Source: Candidatus Latescibacterota bacterium (lineage in GTDB: Bacteria; Latescibacterota; UBA2968; UBA8231). From it: DNA of 64,000 bases. The stretch lies in assembly GCA_965223905.1 (NCBI GenBank), contig CBDCXV010000010.1, forward strand, positions 192,001 through 256,000, in the 5' to 3' direction. This document shows positions 1-9,850 of the stretch, piece after piece. The first letter of the stretch is position 1; each line of letters starts with the position of its first letter. The translations under genes and the position numbers were made by a program. The notes under the pieces are model-generated. The model did no database searches. It was not told the origin of the DNA and was given only the letters and a program-made list of their open reading frames with translations.

Positions 1-1
1 C

Positions 2-517
2 GTCCTGGCCGCGGACCTGTCCGACTACCGGTTGCGGCGGGCGCGGGAGTGCGGCATCGAGCGGACCGTCAATTCCGGAGTAGACGATCTCGGCGAGGCA
101 GTGGACGAGTGGACGGAGGGCCGCAAGGCCCGCATCGCCGTCGAGGCGATCGGGGTCAGCGAAGTCATCGACCAGGCGGTTGCCCAGACGGCCCGGTACG
201 GGGAGGTGATCCTGCTAGGGAGCCCGAGGGCGCCGGCGACCTTCGACGCCACCCCGATGCTGCTGCGCATCCACCTGGAGGCGATCCGCATGATCGGCTC
301 CCTGGAGTGGCGCTGGCCCATGCACGAGAGCGAACGGACCCGGGACCTGGTGGCCAACTACCGGCAGATCGCCGACTGGATCGCCGCGGGGCGGCTGCAG
401 GTGGCCCCCCTGCTCGACCAGCTCGCCTCGCCGGCGGACTGCCAGCGCATCTACGAAGGGTTGACCTCGAAACGGGAGGAGTACCTCGGGGCCGTTTTCG
501 ACTGGAGCCGGCTGTAA
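2..517 (+). CDS. Zinc-binding (MDR) alcohol/sugar dehydrogenase, C-terminal part (5' runs off window)
   Basis: Frame open from position 2 (VLAADLSDYRLRRAREC...IAVEAIG...GEVILLG), typical MDR C-terminal half. Confidence 0.8.
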   Translation, partial: VLAADLSDYRLRRARECGIERTVNSGVDDLGEAVDEWTEGRKARIAVEAIGVSEVIDQAVAQTARYGEVILLGSPRAPATFDATPMLLRIHLEAIRMIGSLEWRWPMHESERTRDLVANYRQIADWIAAGRLQVAPLLDQLASPADCQRIYEGLTSKREEYLGAVFDWSRL

Positions 518-677
518 CAGCCCGTTGAAAAAGTCCATCCTGGCTGCGACCGGCCCTGGGGGCCGAATACGGCGGTGCGCTCCCTCCCCGAATCCCATGC
601 GCTTCGAATCGGTCGCGCGTCTTGTCTTCGACCGCCATGACTGGGCCTCGCCGCAGAGCAACTTTATCAACGGGCTG
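518..677. mobile_element. MITE-like element, copy 1
   Basis: Terminal inverted repeats cagcccgttgaaaaagt (518-534) / actttatcaacgggctg (661-677); internal 22-mer shared with the element at 10767-10891. Confidence 0.7.
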
Positions 678-827
678 CCAAGCGCTGTCCGGGGCGCTCC
701 CCGGATCGGAAACCCCTGTGCGCCGATTCCTTGCACCGGTGGCCGGGGCCCAGAGCAGGTCGCGCACGTTCCGGGTCCGGCACTGACACCTGCGGTTTTC
801 CGCCGCCGGATATCCGGTCAGAAACTT

Positions 828-1649
828 TCAGCTGTTCGGCCGATACTCCCCACGGGCATTCCAACCCGGGTACTGCTCCTCCAGCAAGGCGAGGGTCTGG
901 CCGGTGTAGTAGAGGTGGTCCGGTGGCGGAAACCAGAAGACCTCCCGCTCCTTCGCCGACAGGGAACCGATGAAGGCTCGAAAATGAGGGTTTCCTCCCT
1001 GATGGGTGTAGTGCTTTACGCCTTCCCAGTAGTGGTCGGCGCGTCCGAACCCGAAGCTCCAGGAATAGCGCTGGCCGTCCGGCCTGAGGTAATTGCTGGC
1101 CGAATGCCAGGTGTAGGTGTGAAAGATGGCGACTGATCCGCCGGGTACCGCGGCCACTTCGGCCTTGCCGAGATCAGGGCCGTCGGCTGTGGCGATGAGG
1201 CGAAGCGGAGCCTGGTCCTCGTCGACGTCTTCGGGGAAGACCCAGAAAACGATCTGCGCGTGGCGCCGGTCGGACAAGGTGGTGGGCAGCAGGGAGTTGT
1301 TGCCATTGTCGATGTGGGATTTGCCGGCATCACCTTCGAAGCCGGGGTAGCGCACCATGGCCAATCCCTGGCGGTAGTGGATGTGGTCTGTCCCGTGCCA
1401 GCGTCCGGCAAACCCGAGGGCTTCGGGATGGAGGATGGCCTGATTCAGACAGGGTTCGGGGTAGGGGAAGTAGCAATGGTCGCTGCGATTTTCAGAAGCA
1501 TCACCCTTTATCTCATCCCAGGGTTTGAGCAGCTTGCGCAGTGCTGCTGCCATTTCCCGGCGCTGCATTTCGGGGATGAAATCGCGCACGATCAGGTAGC
1601 CTCTGTCACGGAATTCTTCGAAGTGAGCGTCTGTGAGTCGAGTCGGCAT
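828..1649 (-). CDS. Phytanoyl-CoA dioxygenase (PhyH) family Fe/2OG oxygenase
   Basis: F.DRGYLIV N-terminus, HID facial motif, distal His in YTWHSAS. Confidence 0.85.
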   Translation of the reverse strand: MPTRLTDAHFEEFRDRGYLIVRDFIPEMQRREMAAALRKLLKPWDEIKGDASENRSDHCYFPYPEPCLNQAILHPEALGFAGRWHGTDHIHYRQGLAMVRYPGFEGDAGKSHIDNGNNSLLPTTLSDRRHAQIVFWVFPEDVDEDQAPLRLIATADGPDLGKAEVAAVPGGSVAIFHTYTWHSASNYLRPDGQRYSWSFGFGRADHYWEGVKHYTHQGGNPHFRAFIGSLSAKEREVFWFPPPDHLYYTGQTLALLEEQYPGWNARGEYRPNS

Positions 1650-1695
1650 TTCAGGTCCTGATTACGGTGACTGGAAAAACTGAGGGTCCGCCTAG

Positions 1696-2778
1696 ATGAC
1701 CGCACCCGACCAGGACACCCTCTTCCCCACCATGGTGGTGGGCAGCCTGCCCCGTCCGCGATGGGTGCAGGACGTCATTGCCGACCGCATCGCCGGGGGC
1801 CTGAGCGGCCCCGAGGCGGACCGGCTCCTCGATACCGCGGTCCGGTCGGCGGTCCTGATGCAGGAGCGCGCCGGCCTCGACTACCTCTCCGACGGGGAGT
1901 GCCGCCGCGAGAACTACACCCGCGTATTCGCCGACAAGGTGGGCGGCTTCCGGCGCGGGAAAGCCCGGCGCGGCCCCCTGCTGCTGCATGCCTTCGCCGT
2001 CGACGAGCTCCGGCCCCGAGGCCCCATCGTCAGCGACGAAGCGGAGTTCCTGCGGCGGCAGACCGATCGCCGGGTGATCGTCGCCCTGCCCGCCCCCTGC
2101 ACGGTCGCCGACCTCCTGTGGCATCCTCGGCACTCGGCAGAGGCTTACCCGACCCGGGAAAGTTTCGTCCGCGCCTGCGTGCCGATTCTCCGCAACGAGA
2201 TCCTCGCGCTCTCCCGGGCCGGCGTCGACGCGGTCCAGCTCGACGAACCGCTGTTGCCCCGGCTCGCCGACCCCGAGACCTACGGCCTGGAAGCGGATCT
2301 CCCCTCGCTTCAACAAGCGGCGGAGTTCTCGGTAGAAACGATCAGCGAGGTCGCGAAGGGACTCAACGACATCTTCCTCAGCGTCCACCTCTGCCACGCG
2401 CACGGGGAACAGCACCGGGTCGTGCCGCAGGCCCGCGACCTGATCATGGGCGCGGTGCGGAGAATGCCGGTGGACCGGTTCGCGATGGAGTTCAACAGCC
2501 CGGTTGCCCGGCAGCTGCAGTCGCTCGAGGGATTTCCCGACGACAAGCTGCTGGGACTGGGGGTGATCGCCCCCGGCAGTCCCGAGGTGGAGACGCCGGA
2601 GACGGTCGTCCACCTGGTGGAAGCTGCGATGCGGTTCGTCGACAAGGAGCGGCTCACGCTCAATCCGGACTGCGGCTTCGCCACCACCGCGGGAAACGGC
2701 GCCAACTCCGACCGCGCCTTCCTCAAGCTCTCCGCCATGTGCCGGGGCGCCCGCCTGCTGCGGGACAGATACCGGTAA
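1696..2778 (+). CDS. Cobalamin-independent methionine synthase II family protein (single-barrel MetE-like)
   Basis: VGSLPRP, SDGE.RR, QLDEP, HLC Zn ligands, NPDCGF motifs. Confidence 0.85.
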   Translation: MTAPDQDTLFPTMVVGSLPRPRWVQDVIADRIAGGLSGPEADRLLDTAVRSAVLMQERAGLDYLSDGECRRENYTRVFADKVGGFRRGKARRGPLLLHAFAVDELRPRGPIVSDEAEFLRRQTDRRVIVALPAPCTVADLLWHPRHSAEAYPTRESFVRACVPILRNEILALSRAGVDAVQLDEPLLPRLADPETYGLEADLPSLQQAAEFSVETISEVAKGLNDIFLSVHLCHAHGEQHRVVPQARDLIMGAVRRMPVDRFAMEFNSPVARQLQSLEGFPDDKLLGLGVIAPGSPEVETPETVVHLVEAAMRFVDKERLTLNPDCGFATTAGNGANSDRAFLKLSAMCRGARLLRDRYR

Positions 2779-2888
2779 GCCTGCTGTCTGGAAGCTGCCA
2801 TTCCTGGCCGGGAAGTCATCCACCAAGCCGTCGCTGGCGATGGTGGCCCGGTGTCGTCGGGGACGGCTCTGACAGCGTCCCCGCGATC

Positions 2889-3734
2889 TCATGGCCGTGC
2901 CGGCGGAATACCGTCCAGAATCTCCAGCGCCTCGTTCGCAGAAACCTCCCCGCGCGCGGCCGTGCGCTCCAGGTAGGTCCGGGTTTTGCCGTTGAGAACG
3001 CCGTAGAATCCACGGACTTCCGCGTCAGGGTGGTCCCGCCAAAGCGAGGGCGGGATATAGGTATGGTCGCTGTGGTACTCCCGGTGCCGGTGGCCGTAGT
3101 AGATCCCTACGGTTTTTCGTTCGGCCTTTGTCGGACGTATGCTGACGGTATGCAAACAGGATATGTTGAACAGTACCGCCGTGCCCGCAGGGCCCTGCAG
3201 GTCGCGGATTCCGCCACGCGCCAGCTGAGCTTCCTTGTTCAGGATCTCCTGATCGATCGATTCGGGCGAAATGGCGAAGCTGTGAGTCGTATCGCTGACG
3301 TCGGTCAGGTAGACCTGCAGCCTCATGAAGCCGATGCGCAGCGGATGTTCCCGCCACATGAGCCGTGCCCCCCCGTCGCGATGCCAGCGGCGCCCTACGG
3401 GTCCATCCCACGACGTCATACCGGGTACCGGCTCACCCTCGTACGGCCCCATGTTGTTGATGCAGATTTGCCCGAAACAGACTTCGCCGCCCATCAACCC
3501 CCGGAGGGGCTCCATGACATTGGGGTGGCGGATGACTTCATCGAACTCGGGCGCCGTCAGCAGGGACTGGCAGTACTGGGTCTGCCAGATGCCGTTGTCG
3601 GTCCAGAAACGGCCGAAGTCCCGCCGTTCCCGTTCGAAAACATCCAAAAAGCGGGCTACCTCGTCGTCGCTCAGAAACTGTTCGAGCAGGAGGTAGCCGT
3701 TTTCCTTGAAGAAATCGAAATCTTCCTGTTTCAT
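2889..3734 (-). CDS. PhyH-family dioxygenase
   Basis: FFKENGYLLL, WHRD, CLHT motifs. Confidence 0.85.
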   Translation of the reverse strand: MKQEDFDFFKENGYLLLEQFLSDDEVARFLDVFERERRDFGRFWTDNGIWQTQYCQSLLTAPEFDEVIRHPNVMEPLRGLMGGEVCFGQICINNMGPYEGEPVPGMTSWDGPVGRRWHRDGGARLMWREHPLRIGFMRLQVYLTDVSDTTHSFAISPESIDQEILNKEAQLARGGIRDLQGPAGTAVLFNISCLHTVSIRPTKAERKTVGIYYGHRHREYHSDHTYIPPSLWRDHPDAEVRGFYGVLNGKTRTYLERTAARGEVSANEALEILDGIPPARP

Positions 3735-3931
3735 TGCGGCTTCCTTTCATTGCATTCCAGTGGCCTATGCTTCACAACCCCGGATCCACCCCGCATTTCT
3801 CCGACAGCTCCTTCATGTCCCCGGCCCACTCCATCCCATCGGAACGGTCGGAGCCAGTGTCTGCGCGCCCAAATTGGCGGGAATTCGTCCGCCGCTGCGC
3901 CCTCGTTCGTACGCTCTAACGCCGCACTATA

Positions 3932-4603
3932 TCAGTAGGAGCCCGGTCCCCAGACCATCAGGTGGCAGTCGGATGCGGTCGCGGCCTGCAGCCTGGACAG
4001 GCCGCTCCCATCCAGTTGCCGTCGGACTTCATCCAGGCGGTATGCGGCGCGCAGTGAATTGCAGTAATCCCGCTGCAGCACCTCCGGCTCGTCGCGGTAG
4101 GTCGCCGCGAGTTCTTGAAGCTGACCCTCGCTATCGGGGCGCATCAGGTCCATGACGAACACCCGGCCTTTGGGCCCCGCGTGAAGCCGGACCGATTCCC
4201 ACAGAATCGCCGGATCTTCGAGGTGGTGGAGAAGGCTGTTGGAGAACACGAGATCGTATGCCCCGGCAGCGAGGGCCTGTTCCTGCAGCCGCGCTTCGAC
4301 CAGCTCGATGCGGTCCCCGAGGCCGGCGCCGTCGACCGCCTCGCGCGCGAGCGCCAGCATGGCGCCCGAGCCGTCGAGGCCGTGCACCCTCCAGCCTGGA
4401 AAGGCGCGCGCGAAACGGATGCCGATGTCCGCGGGCCCGCAGCCGAGATCGAGCGCCGTTCCCCGCTCCGGCAGCCCGGGAAGCCGTTCCTGCAGGCGGC
4501 GGATGAAGTTGCCGTGCGGCTCCTCGAAATCGGCGCCGGCGTAGGCCCGGGCCTGTTCCGCGCCCGACATCAGCTCCGGCTCGGGAACCCGCTGAAGGGT
4601 CAC
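3932..4603 (-). CDS. Class I SAM-dependent methyltransferase
   Basis: LDLGCGPAD motif I, GLDGS, SNSLLHH. Confidence 0.85.
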   Translation of the reverse strand: MTLQRVPEPELMSGAEQARAYAGADFEEPHGNFIRRLQERLPGLPERGTALDLGCGPADIGIRFARAFPGWRVHGLDGSGAMLALAREAVDGAGLGDRIELVEARLQEQALAAGAYDLVFSNSLLHHLEDPAILWESVRLHAGPKGRVFVMDLMRPDSEGQLQELAATYRDEPEVLQRDYCNSLRAAYRLDEVRRQLDGSGLSRLQAATASDCHLMVWGPGSY

Positions 4604-4835
4604 GGCGGCGCTCCTCGGGAACCGGGTTTCATCACTCCCGCCAAGCGCCGAATCTCTTCAGGAATCGGGCGCATCGACCAGGGACGGAACATCAGGGAAC
4701 CCGTGGTTTCCGGACTTTGGCCGGGGCACCACGGCCTCTCGTTGCCCTGCTTGCGGGTACTCCACAAATATGGCGTGTCCCGCCTCGCGAGCCGGGCGCC
4801 TCGGCAGCCGTAAAGCCCCATTCGGATACCGACCC

Positions 4836-5567
4836 CTAGATCTCTACGCCGGCCAGCCGGGCGACCGCGATGTTGGCCTGCAGCAGCGACTCGTGGTTCT
4901 CGCCGGCGTCCATCCACCAGCCCTCGAGCATCTCGAACTGCATCTCGCCGCGGTCGATGTAGGCGTTGTTGACGTCGGTGATCTCGAGCTCGCCGCGGCC
5001 GGAAGGTTCCAGGGTGGGGATGATGTCGAATACGTCGGGGGGATACATGTACACCCCGATGACGGCGAGGTCGGTCGGGGGATCCTGCGGTTTCTCGATG
5101 ATGCGGGCGACGCGGTCGCCGTCGGTTTCGGCGATGCCGTATTCCCAGGGGTGGTCGACCTGCTTGAGAAAGATGCGGGCCCCGGCTTCCTGGGAGGCGA
5201 AGGCCTCGACGCCGGCGGCGATCCCCTTCTCGAGGATGTTGTCCCCGAGGACGACGATCAGCTTGTCGTCGCCGGCGAACTCCCGGCAGAGGCCGAGCGC
5301 CTCGGCGATCCCCCCCTCCCCTTTCTGGTAGGCGTAGTTGATCCGCGACAGGCCGAAGTCCTCGCCGTTGCGTATGAGGCGTAGGAAGTCCCCCGCGGCG
5401 TTGCCGCCGGTCACCACCATGATGTCGGTGATGCCGGCGTCGACGAGCATCTGTATCGGGTAGTAGATCATCGGCCTGTCGTACACCGGCAGCAGGTGCT
5501 TGTTGGTTATGCGCGTCAACGGCTGCAGGCGCGTACCCAGGCCGCCTGCGAGAACTACACCTTTCAT
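4836..5567 (-). CDS. Sugar-phosphate nucleotidyltransferase (glucose-1-phosphate thymidylyltransferase-like)
   Basis: MKGVVLAGGLGTRL.P.T...NKHLLPVYD, EKP, RGELEITD; start taken at ATG 5567. Confidence 0.9.
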   Translation of the reverse strand: MKGVVLAGGLGTRLQPLTRITNKHLLPVYDRPMIYYPIQMLVDAGITDIMVVTGGNAAGDFLRLIRNGEDFGLSRINYAYQKGEGGIAEALGLCREFAGDDKLIVVLGDNILEKGIAAGVEAFASQEAGARIFLKQVDHPWEYGIAETDGDRVARIIEKPQDPPTDLAVIGVYMYPPDVFDIIPTLEPSGRGELEITDVNNAYIDRGEMQFEMLEGWWMDAGENHESLLQANIAVARLAGVEI

Positions 5568-5605
5568 CTCGATCCTTTCATCAGTCGATTCCCCGGAACC
5601 GGGTA

Positions 5606-6433
5606 TCACTCGGTGACCTCGGCGGCGAATCCGAGCTCCTTCTCTATACCCGTCACGTCGTACGCCGAGTCGAACTCCCGCCCCGGCTGCTCGAAGCAGC
5701 TGACGTCGACCTCGTCTCCCCACCATCCGCGCAGGATGTCGGCCACAGGGTCGGCCACCCAGGCCCTGGGAGAGGCGGCATTCAGGGTTCGGACGCCAGC
5801 GCGGTGAGGCGCCTCCGCGGCGAGCGCAAAGGCTCTGACCGCATCCGACAGGCACATGAAGGTGATCGACCCCAGGCTCCAGTTCCGCAGCGGAGAGACG
5901 GTGCGCTTCTCCGGCATCCCGTCGTCGGGCGCCACGGAGGAGAGCCGCAGGTTGATGACGTCGACCTCCTCGTTCTGGCGCTGGCAGTACCGGGTCACCT
6001 CTTCCATCATGTACTTGGAGAACCCGTACCCCGAGCGGTCGAGGCAGGGATGGTCGTCGGGCACCGGCAGTTGCACAGGGCGGAACCGCGTATCCTGGAT
6101 ACCGACGGCGGCGATCGAGCTTGCGGTCACGAATTTCCTGCAGCCGCGATCGATCAGGTAGCGCATCAGGCAGCGGGTGCCCTCGACGTTGACCCGCATC
6201 TGCTCGCGCTCGTGGACGTTCGACAGCACCGCGGCGAGGTGCACGGCGACGTCTATTTCGTGCCCGTCGAGCCGGCGCAGGTCCTCCCAGGCGAAGAACT
6301 CCCCCTTCACCCAGGGCAGGTCGAGCCCCGGATCGTTGCGGCTCATGGCGATGACGTCGTGGCGCCCGGCAAGTTCCCCGGCCAGGCTGCGGCCGATGAA
6401 TCCGCTGGCGCCGGTGACCAGGACTACCGCCAT
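5606..6433 (-). CDS. NAD-dependent epimerase/dehydratase
   Basis: VTGASGFIG, YGFSK (YxxxK). Confidence 0.85.
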   Translation of the reverse strand: MAVVLVTGASGFIGRSLAGELAGRHDVIAMSRNDPGLDLPWVKGEFFAWEDLRRLDGHEIDVAVHLAAVLSNVHEREQMRVNVEGTRCLMRYLIDRGCRKFVTASSIAAVGIQDTRFRPVQLPVPDDHPCLDRSGYGFSKYMMEEVTRYCQRQNEEVDVINLRLSSVAPDDGMPEKRTVSPLRNWSLGSITFMCLSDAVRAFALAAEAPHRAGVRTLNAASPRAWVADPVADILRGWWGDEVDVSCFEQPGREFDSAYDVTGIEKELGFAAEVTE

Positions 6434-6498
6434 CGGTTCAAACCTGTTCTGCTCTGAAGCGGGGCCATTTCCGCCACCTTGTTCCTGCGCGCAGTAAT

Positions 6499-6574
6499 GC
6501 GTACGAACGAGAGCGCCGCACCCTGCTCGCGGGGCGCCAGAGCGAATCGTACCGGGGGTGTACGGCGAGCGAAT
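6499..6574. repeat. Dispersed intergenic repeat (gcgtacgaacg family)
   Basis: Aligns in reverse complement to ~37467-37539, and over 18 bp to 3897-3914. Confidence 0.55.
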
Positions 6575-6599
6575 TCACGCGAAATTTGCGCGCGCAACA

Positions 6600-8204
6600 C
6601 TACAGCAACCCCACGATGGCGCGCGCCTCGTCGAGAGAATCGGGACTGTCCAGCCGGACCAGCGCCGGGTCGGGCAGCGACCAGTCGATGGCCCCCCAGA
6701 AGAGGCGGTCGTCCCCTCCGGGGGAACGTCCCAGGAAGCCCACCAGCCAGTAGCTCTGCGCCCTGTTCAGCACGCGCACCGAGCGCGGGGCAGAGACGCC
6801 GCAAAAGGGCAGCGGTTTCAGGGCGACCCCCTCGGCGGCGGTATCCCGCGTCAGGGCGTAGTGCGGCAGGGTCCCTTCCCCGGCAGGATCTCCGAGATCG
6901 GCGACGAAGGCGCACTCGGTCTCCGAGTACTGCGCCGCGATCGTGACATCGGCGATGCGCCGGCCTTCCGGGGCGCGGGCAGCAAGCGACTGCGTCTTCC
7001 AGGCCGCGGCCTCTTCCCAGCGCTCCCCCCAGGTGCAGAGGATTTCCTCAGGCCTGCCCACTGGGACGGTGAACAGGGTGTGGTTCTTCGCCAGCTTGCT
7101 CGCGTACTTGAAGTAGGTGAACCACGGGGTCGCGGTCTCGCAGCCGTCGACGATACCGGTCTCCCTCCAGGCTGCGCAGTCCCGCGACGAGTGCAGGACG
7201 ACCCGGCCTTCAGGCGAGGTGACCGCGAGGATGACGTCGAGGCCGTACTGGTGCACCTCCAGGGAGCGCACTTTCGCCGCGGCGATTCCGGCCACCGGCC
7301 TGCGCTCCCAGCGAACGAGGTCGCGGCTGAAGAGATGGCTCACCCCGGCCGCATGATCGGCGGCGTGGAACAGGTGAACACCGCCCCCGTGATGGAGCAG
7401 GGCGCAGGCGGCCACACTGCCCAACCCGGGCAACCCTTCGGCGAGGACCGCGCAGGTCTCGGGGTCGTCTCCGGTCGGCGCCGGCTGCGGGCGTTGCCGG
7501 CGATGGGCCGAGTAGCGGGCGGAGTTCGCCTTCTCGACGGTCGTCATGCCGGCCAACGGCTTCATCCCGGGGACGATGCGCCGCTGCGGGCACCAGCGGG
7601 TCAGCACGGCGTGCCGGGTCACCTCCGGGTCCGAGACGTTGGGAGAGCCGCAGTGCCCCATGAGGTGGTGAAAGAGGATGGCGTCCCCGGGCTCGGCGAG
7701 GAATTCCCGCGGCGGCCCGGAGTTCTCCGGTAGCGCCACCGCATCCTTGGCGGCCTGCCAGTTCTCCTCCATCAGCCCGCGGTTGCGCCAGGGAGAGCCG
7801 GGAAAAAAGATGAAGGCACCCCCCCGGGATCTGACGCGGGTCAGGAAGAGGAAGCAGCCGATGGCCCAGCCGTTCGGCATCAGGGTGGGATAGGCGTCGT
7901 CGACGTGGGCGGTCGCCCCGGCCCATTCCGCTTCCGGCTCGTAGGGGCGGACCATGTCCCTCCCGCTGGTCTTGCGCACCGGTTCGTTGCCGGGACCGAG
8001 CAGCTCGGCGACCGCGGCGATCAGGCGCTCGCTGGCGCAGGCGCGGATCCCGGGGAGGTCCCGGCCTTTGTCGTTGTCTTCCTCCAGCTCAGGAAGCACC
8101 GCGGAAATCGTCTCGGGAGAGACGGCGTTGGCCACGACGACGTACCCGTGCTCGAGAAAGTGCTCGTGGTCCGCCGCGGACAGTACCGTCCCGTTGCCGC
8201 TCAC
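6600..8204 (-). CDS. PhyH-family dioxygenase fused to a C-terminal probable beta-propeller domain
   Basis: N-half HFLEHGYVV, HVD, LMGHC; C-half has Asp-box-like SRDLVRW and SRDCAAW. Confidence 0.7.
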   Translation of the reverse strand: MSGNGTVLSAADHEHFLEHGYVVVANAVSPETISAVLPELEEDNDKGRDLPGIRACASERLIAAVAELLGPGNEPVRKTSGRDMVRPYEPEAEWAGATAHVDDAYPTLMPNGWAIGCFLFLTRVRSRGGAFIFFPGSPWRNRGLMEENWQAAKDAVALPENSGPPREFLAEPGDAILFHHLMGHCGSPNVSDPEVTRHAVLTRWCPQRRIVPGMKPLAGMTTVEKANSARYSAHRRQRPQPAPTGDDPETCAVLAEGLPGLGSVAACALLHHGGGVHLFHAADHAAGVSHLFSRDLVRWERRPVAGIAAAKVRSLEVHQYGLDVILAVTSPEGRVVLHSSRDCAAWRETGIVDGCETATPWFTYFKYASKLAKNHTLFTVPVGRPEEILCTWGERWEEAAAWKTQSLAARAPEGRRIADVTIAAQYSETECAFVADLGDPAGEGTLPHYALTRDTAAEGVALKPLPFCGVSAPRSVRVLNRAQSYWLVGFLGRSPGGDDRLFWGAIDWSLPDPALVRLDSPDSLDEARAIVGLL

Positions 8205-8253
8205 CTGCGCCGCTTTCCCCGCTGGAACCGGTTGGCGGTTTCGGCGATGCGGA

Positions 8254-8994
8254 TCATCCGGACTCCGGGATGTCGCGTCCCAGCGCCCAGTGGGCGCCGC
8301 GCCAGTACAGCTTCCGGTAGGTGGCGTGGCGCCAGGCGGTGTAGGTGTGCCCGGCGACGAGGCCGACGACGCGGCCGTTGCCGTTCTCCAGGGCCCAGCC
8401 GGCGATGTCGTGCCTCTTGTCCCTGGCGCCGAGGGTCTCGTAGAGCGGGACCGCGTCCGGGTGCTTGAGGATGACCCCGAAGTTCTCGTCCTCCGGCAGG
8501 ACGAAATCCTCGATCCCGGAGCTGATCGGGTGATCGGGGTTGAAGTTGTACATGGAGACGTCCTGCACCGGCCCGTGCATGATCCCCTCGATCCCCATCA
8601 TCTCGCTGAACTTCACCTGGTCGGGGGACCAGCAGGTGCAGTGCAGGGACATGAACCCCATGCCGCGGTTGACGACGTTGTCGACGATCGCCTCCTCGAG
8701 CCCGGCGCTCATGTACCCGTCGCTCTCCATGGAGCCCTCGTGAAAGGGGTCGGGGCACCATCCCTCGATCGGGCCGCCCCAGCGCGTGATCATCAGCAGA
8801 TCGGTGCCGGCGACGACCTCGGGCGTGACGTGGCGCGCGTCCTGGGTGAACAGCAGCCGCCACCCGGTCCCGTCGAGAACCTGCTGAATCGATTGGCGCT
8901 GCCCCATGTAGTTGTGCAGCTGATCTCCGCCGAGGTAGACGACTCGCGTTTCCCCCGCTTCCTTCGGCGGGATTCCGTTGCCGCTGGCACTCAT
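8254..8994 (-). CDS. ThuA-like domain protein (class I glutamine amidotransferase fold)
   Basis: GGD..H, GMGFMSLH, HPI..GIEDF...DE, GNGRVV...GH. Confidence 0.8.
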   Translation of the reverse strand: MSASGNGIPPKEAGETRVVYLGGDQLHNYMGQRQSIQQVLDGTGWRLLFTQDARHVTPEVVAGTDLLMITRWGGPIEGWCPDPFHEGSMESDGYMSAGLEEAIVDNVVNRGMGFMSLHCTCWSPDQVKFSEMMGIEGIMHGPVQDVSMYNFNPDHPISSGIEDFVLPEDENFGVILKHPDAVPLYETLGARDKRHDIAGWALENGNGRVVGLVAGHTYTAWRHATYRKLYWRGAHWALGRDIPESG

Positions 8995-9010
8995 CTCGAA
9001 TCCTCCTTTG

Positions 9011-9841
9011 TCATCTTCCGTTTTCCGGATACGGCCGGAAGAGGTTGTACTGGTCTTCGCTGAGCCGGGTTTTCGTCGCCGCGGTGATGTACGGCAGCTC
9101 GTCCATGGTGGCGATGTTCTGCGACATCATGAAGTGCGGGCCGTACCCCACGTGCAGGGTCTTGCGCACCTGGGGCGAGCGATTGGTCAGCCCCCCGTGG
9201 CGCAGGCTCTCGGTGAAGAAGACGGCGTCACCGGCGCGAACCTCGAGGCCGACCACTCCCGGCTCGACGTCCGGGTCGTTGTCGTACGGGCACTCGAAGT
9301 TGGCCTTGTGGGTGCCGGGCACGACGCAGAAAGCCCCTTGCTCGTTGTCGACGTCGTGCACGAAATAGACCATGCGCACCATCATGCAGTCGATGCCGTG
9401 GCTGTTGAAGGTGTAGCGGTACTTGCCGTTCGCCTCGCGCGCGCCGCTGCCGTGACTGCCGCTCTGGTTGCCGGTGTAGCGGATGCGGATCTCCGAGTTG
9501 TTGATCGTCGGCCGCCCCTGGACCACCGCGTGCACGTACTTCATGGTCGGCCCGTGGCCGAGCAGCAGGTCGAAGGCGGGGTCGGCGTTCCAGAAATCCT
9601 CGATGATGATCGTCCTGCCCTCGGCGTTCGATCCCTGCACGTGGTACCCCATGTCCGGATTGCGGTGGTACTCCGGCCCCCAGGGGCTTTTCTTGCGCGG
9701 CGGCTCGTCGACGTGAGCGACGGCGTGCTCTTCCAAGAGGTCGACCGCCTCCGCCAGGGAGGCGACTTCGTCCGGGGTCAGCAGCTCCTCGATGACGAGA
9801 TACCCCTGGCGGTCGAATTCGTACAGCTCTGCAGCATTCAT
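9011..9841 (-). CDS. PhyH-family dioxygenase (H-x-S variant)
   Basis: YEFDRQGYLV, VVPGTHKAN, GDAVFFTESLRHG. Confidence 0.85.
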   Translation of the reverse strand: MNAAELYEFDRQGYLVIEELLTPDEVASLAEAVDLLEEHAVAHVDEPPRKKSPWGPEYHRNPDMGYHVQGSNAEGRTIIIEDFWNADPAFDLLLGHGPTMKYVHAVVQGRPTINNSEIRIRYTGNQSGSHGSGAREANGKYRYTFNSHGIDCMMVRMVYFVHDVDNEQGAFCVVPGTHKANFECPYDNDPDVEPGVVGLEVRAGDAVFFTESLRHGGLTNRSPQVRKTLHVGYGPHFMMSQNIATMDELPYITAATKTRLSEDQYNLFRPYPENGR

Positions 9842-9850
9842 CGGTGGACC

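Noticed and set aside
1761-3938. Long alternative-frame ORFs (e.g. 1761-3938, 8978-10792, 18645-20456, 47116-50067, 57883-59673)
   Set aside because: Arg/Pro/Gly-rich shadow ORFs of high-GC genes that overlap recognisable CDSs.
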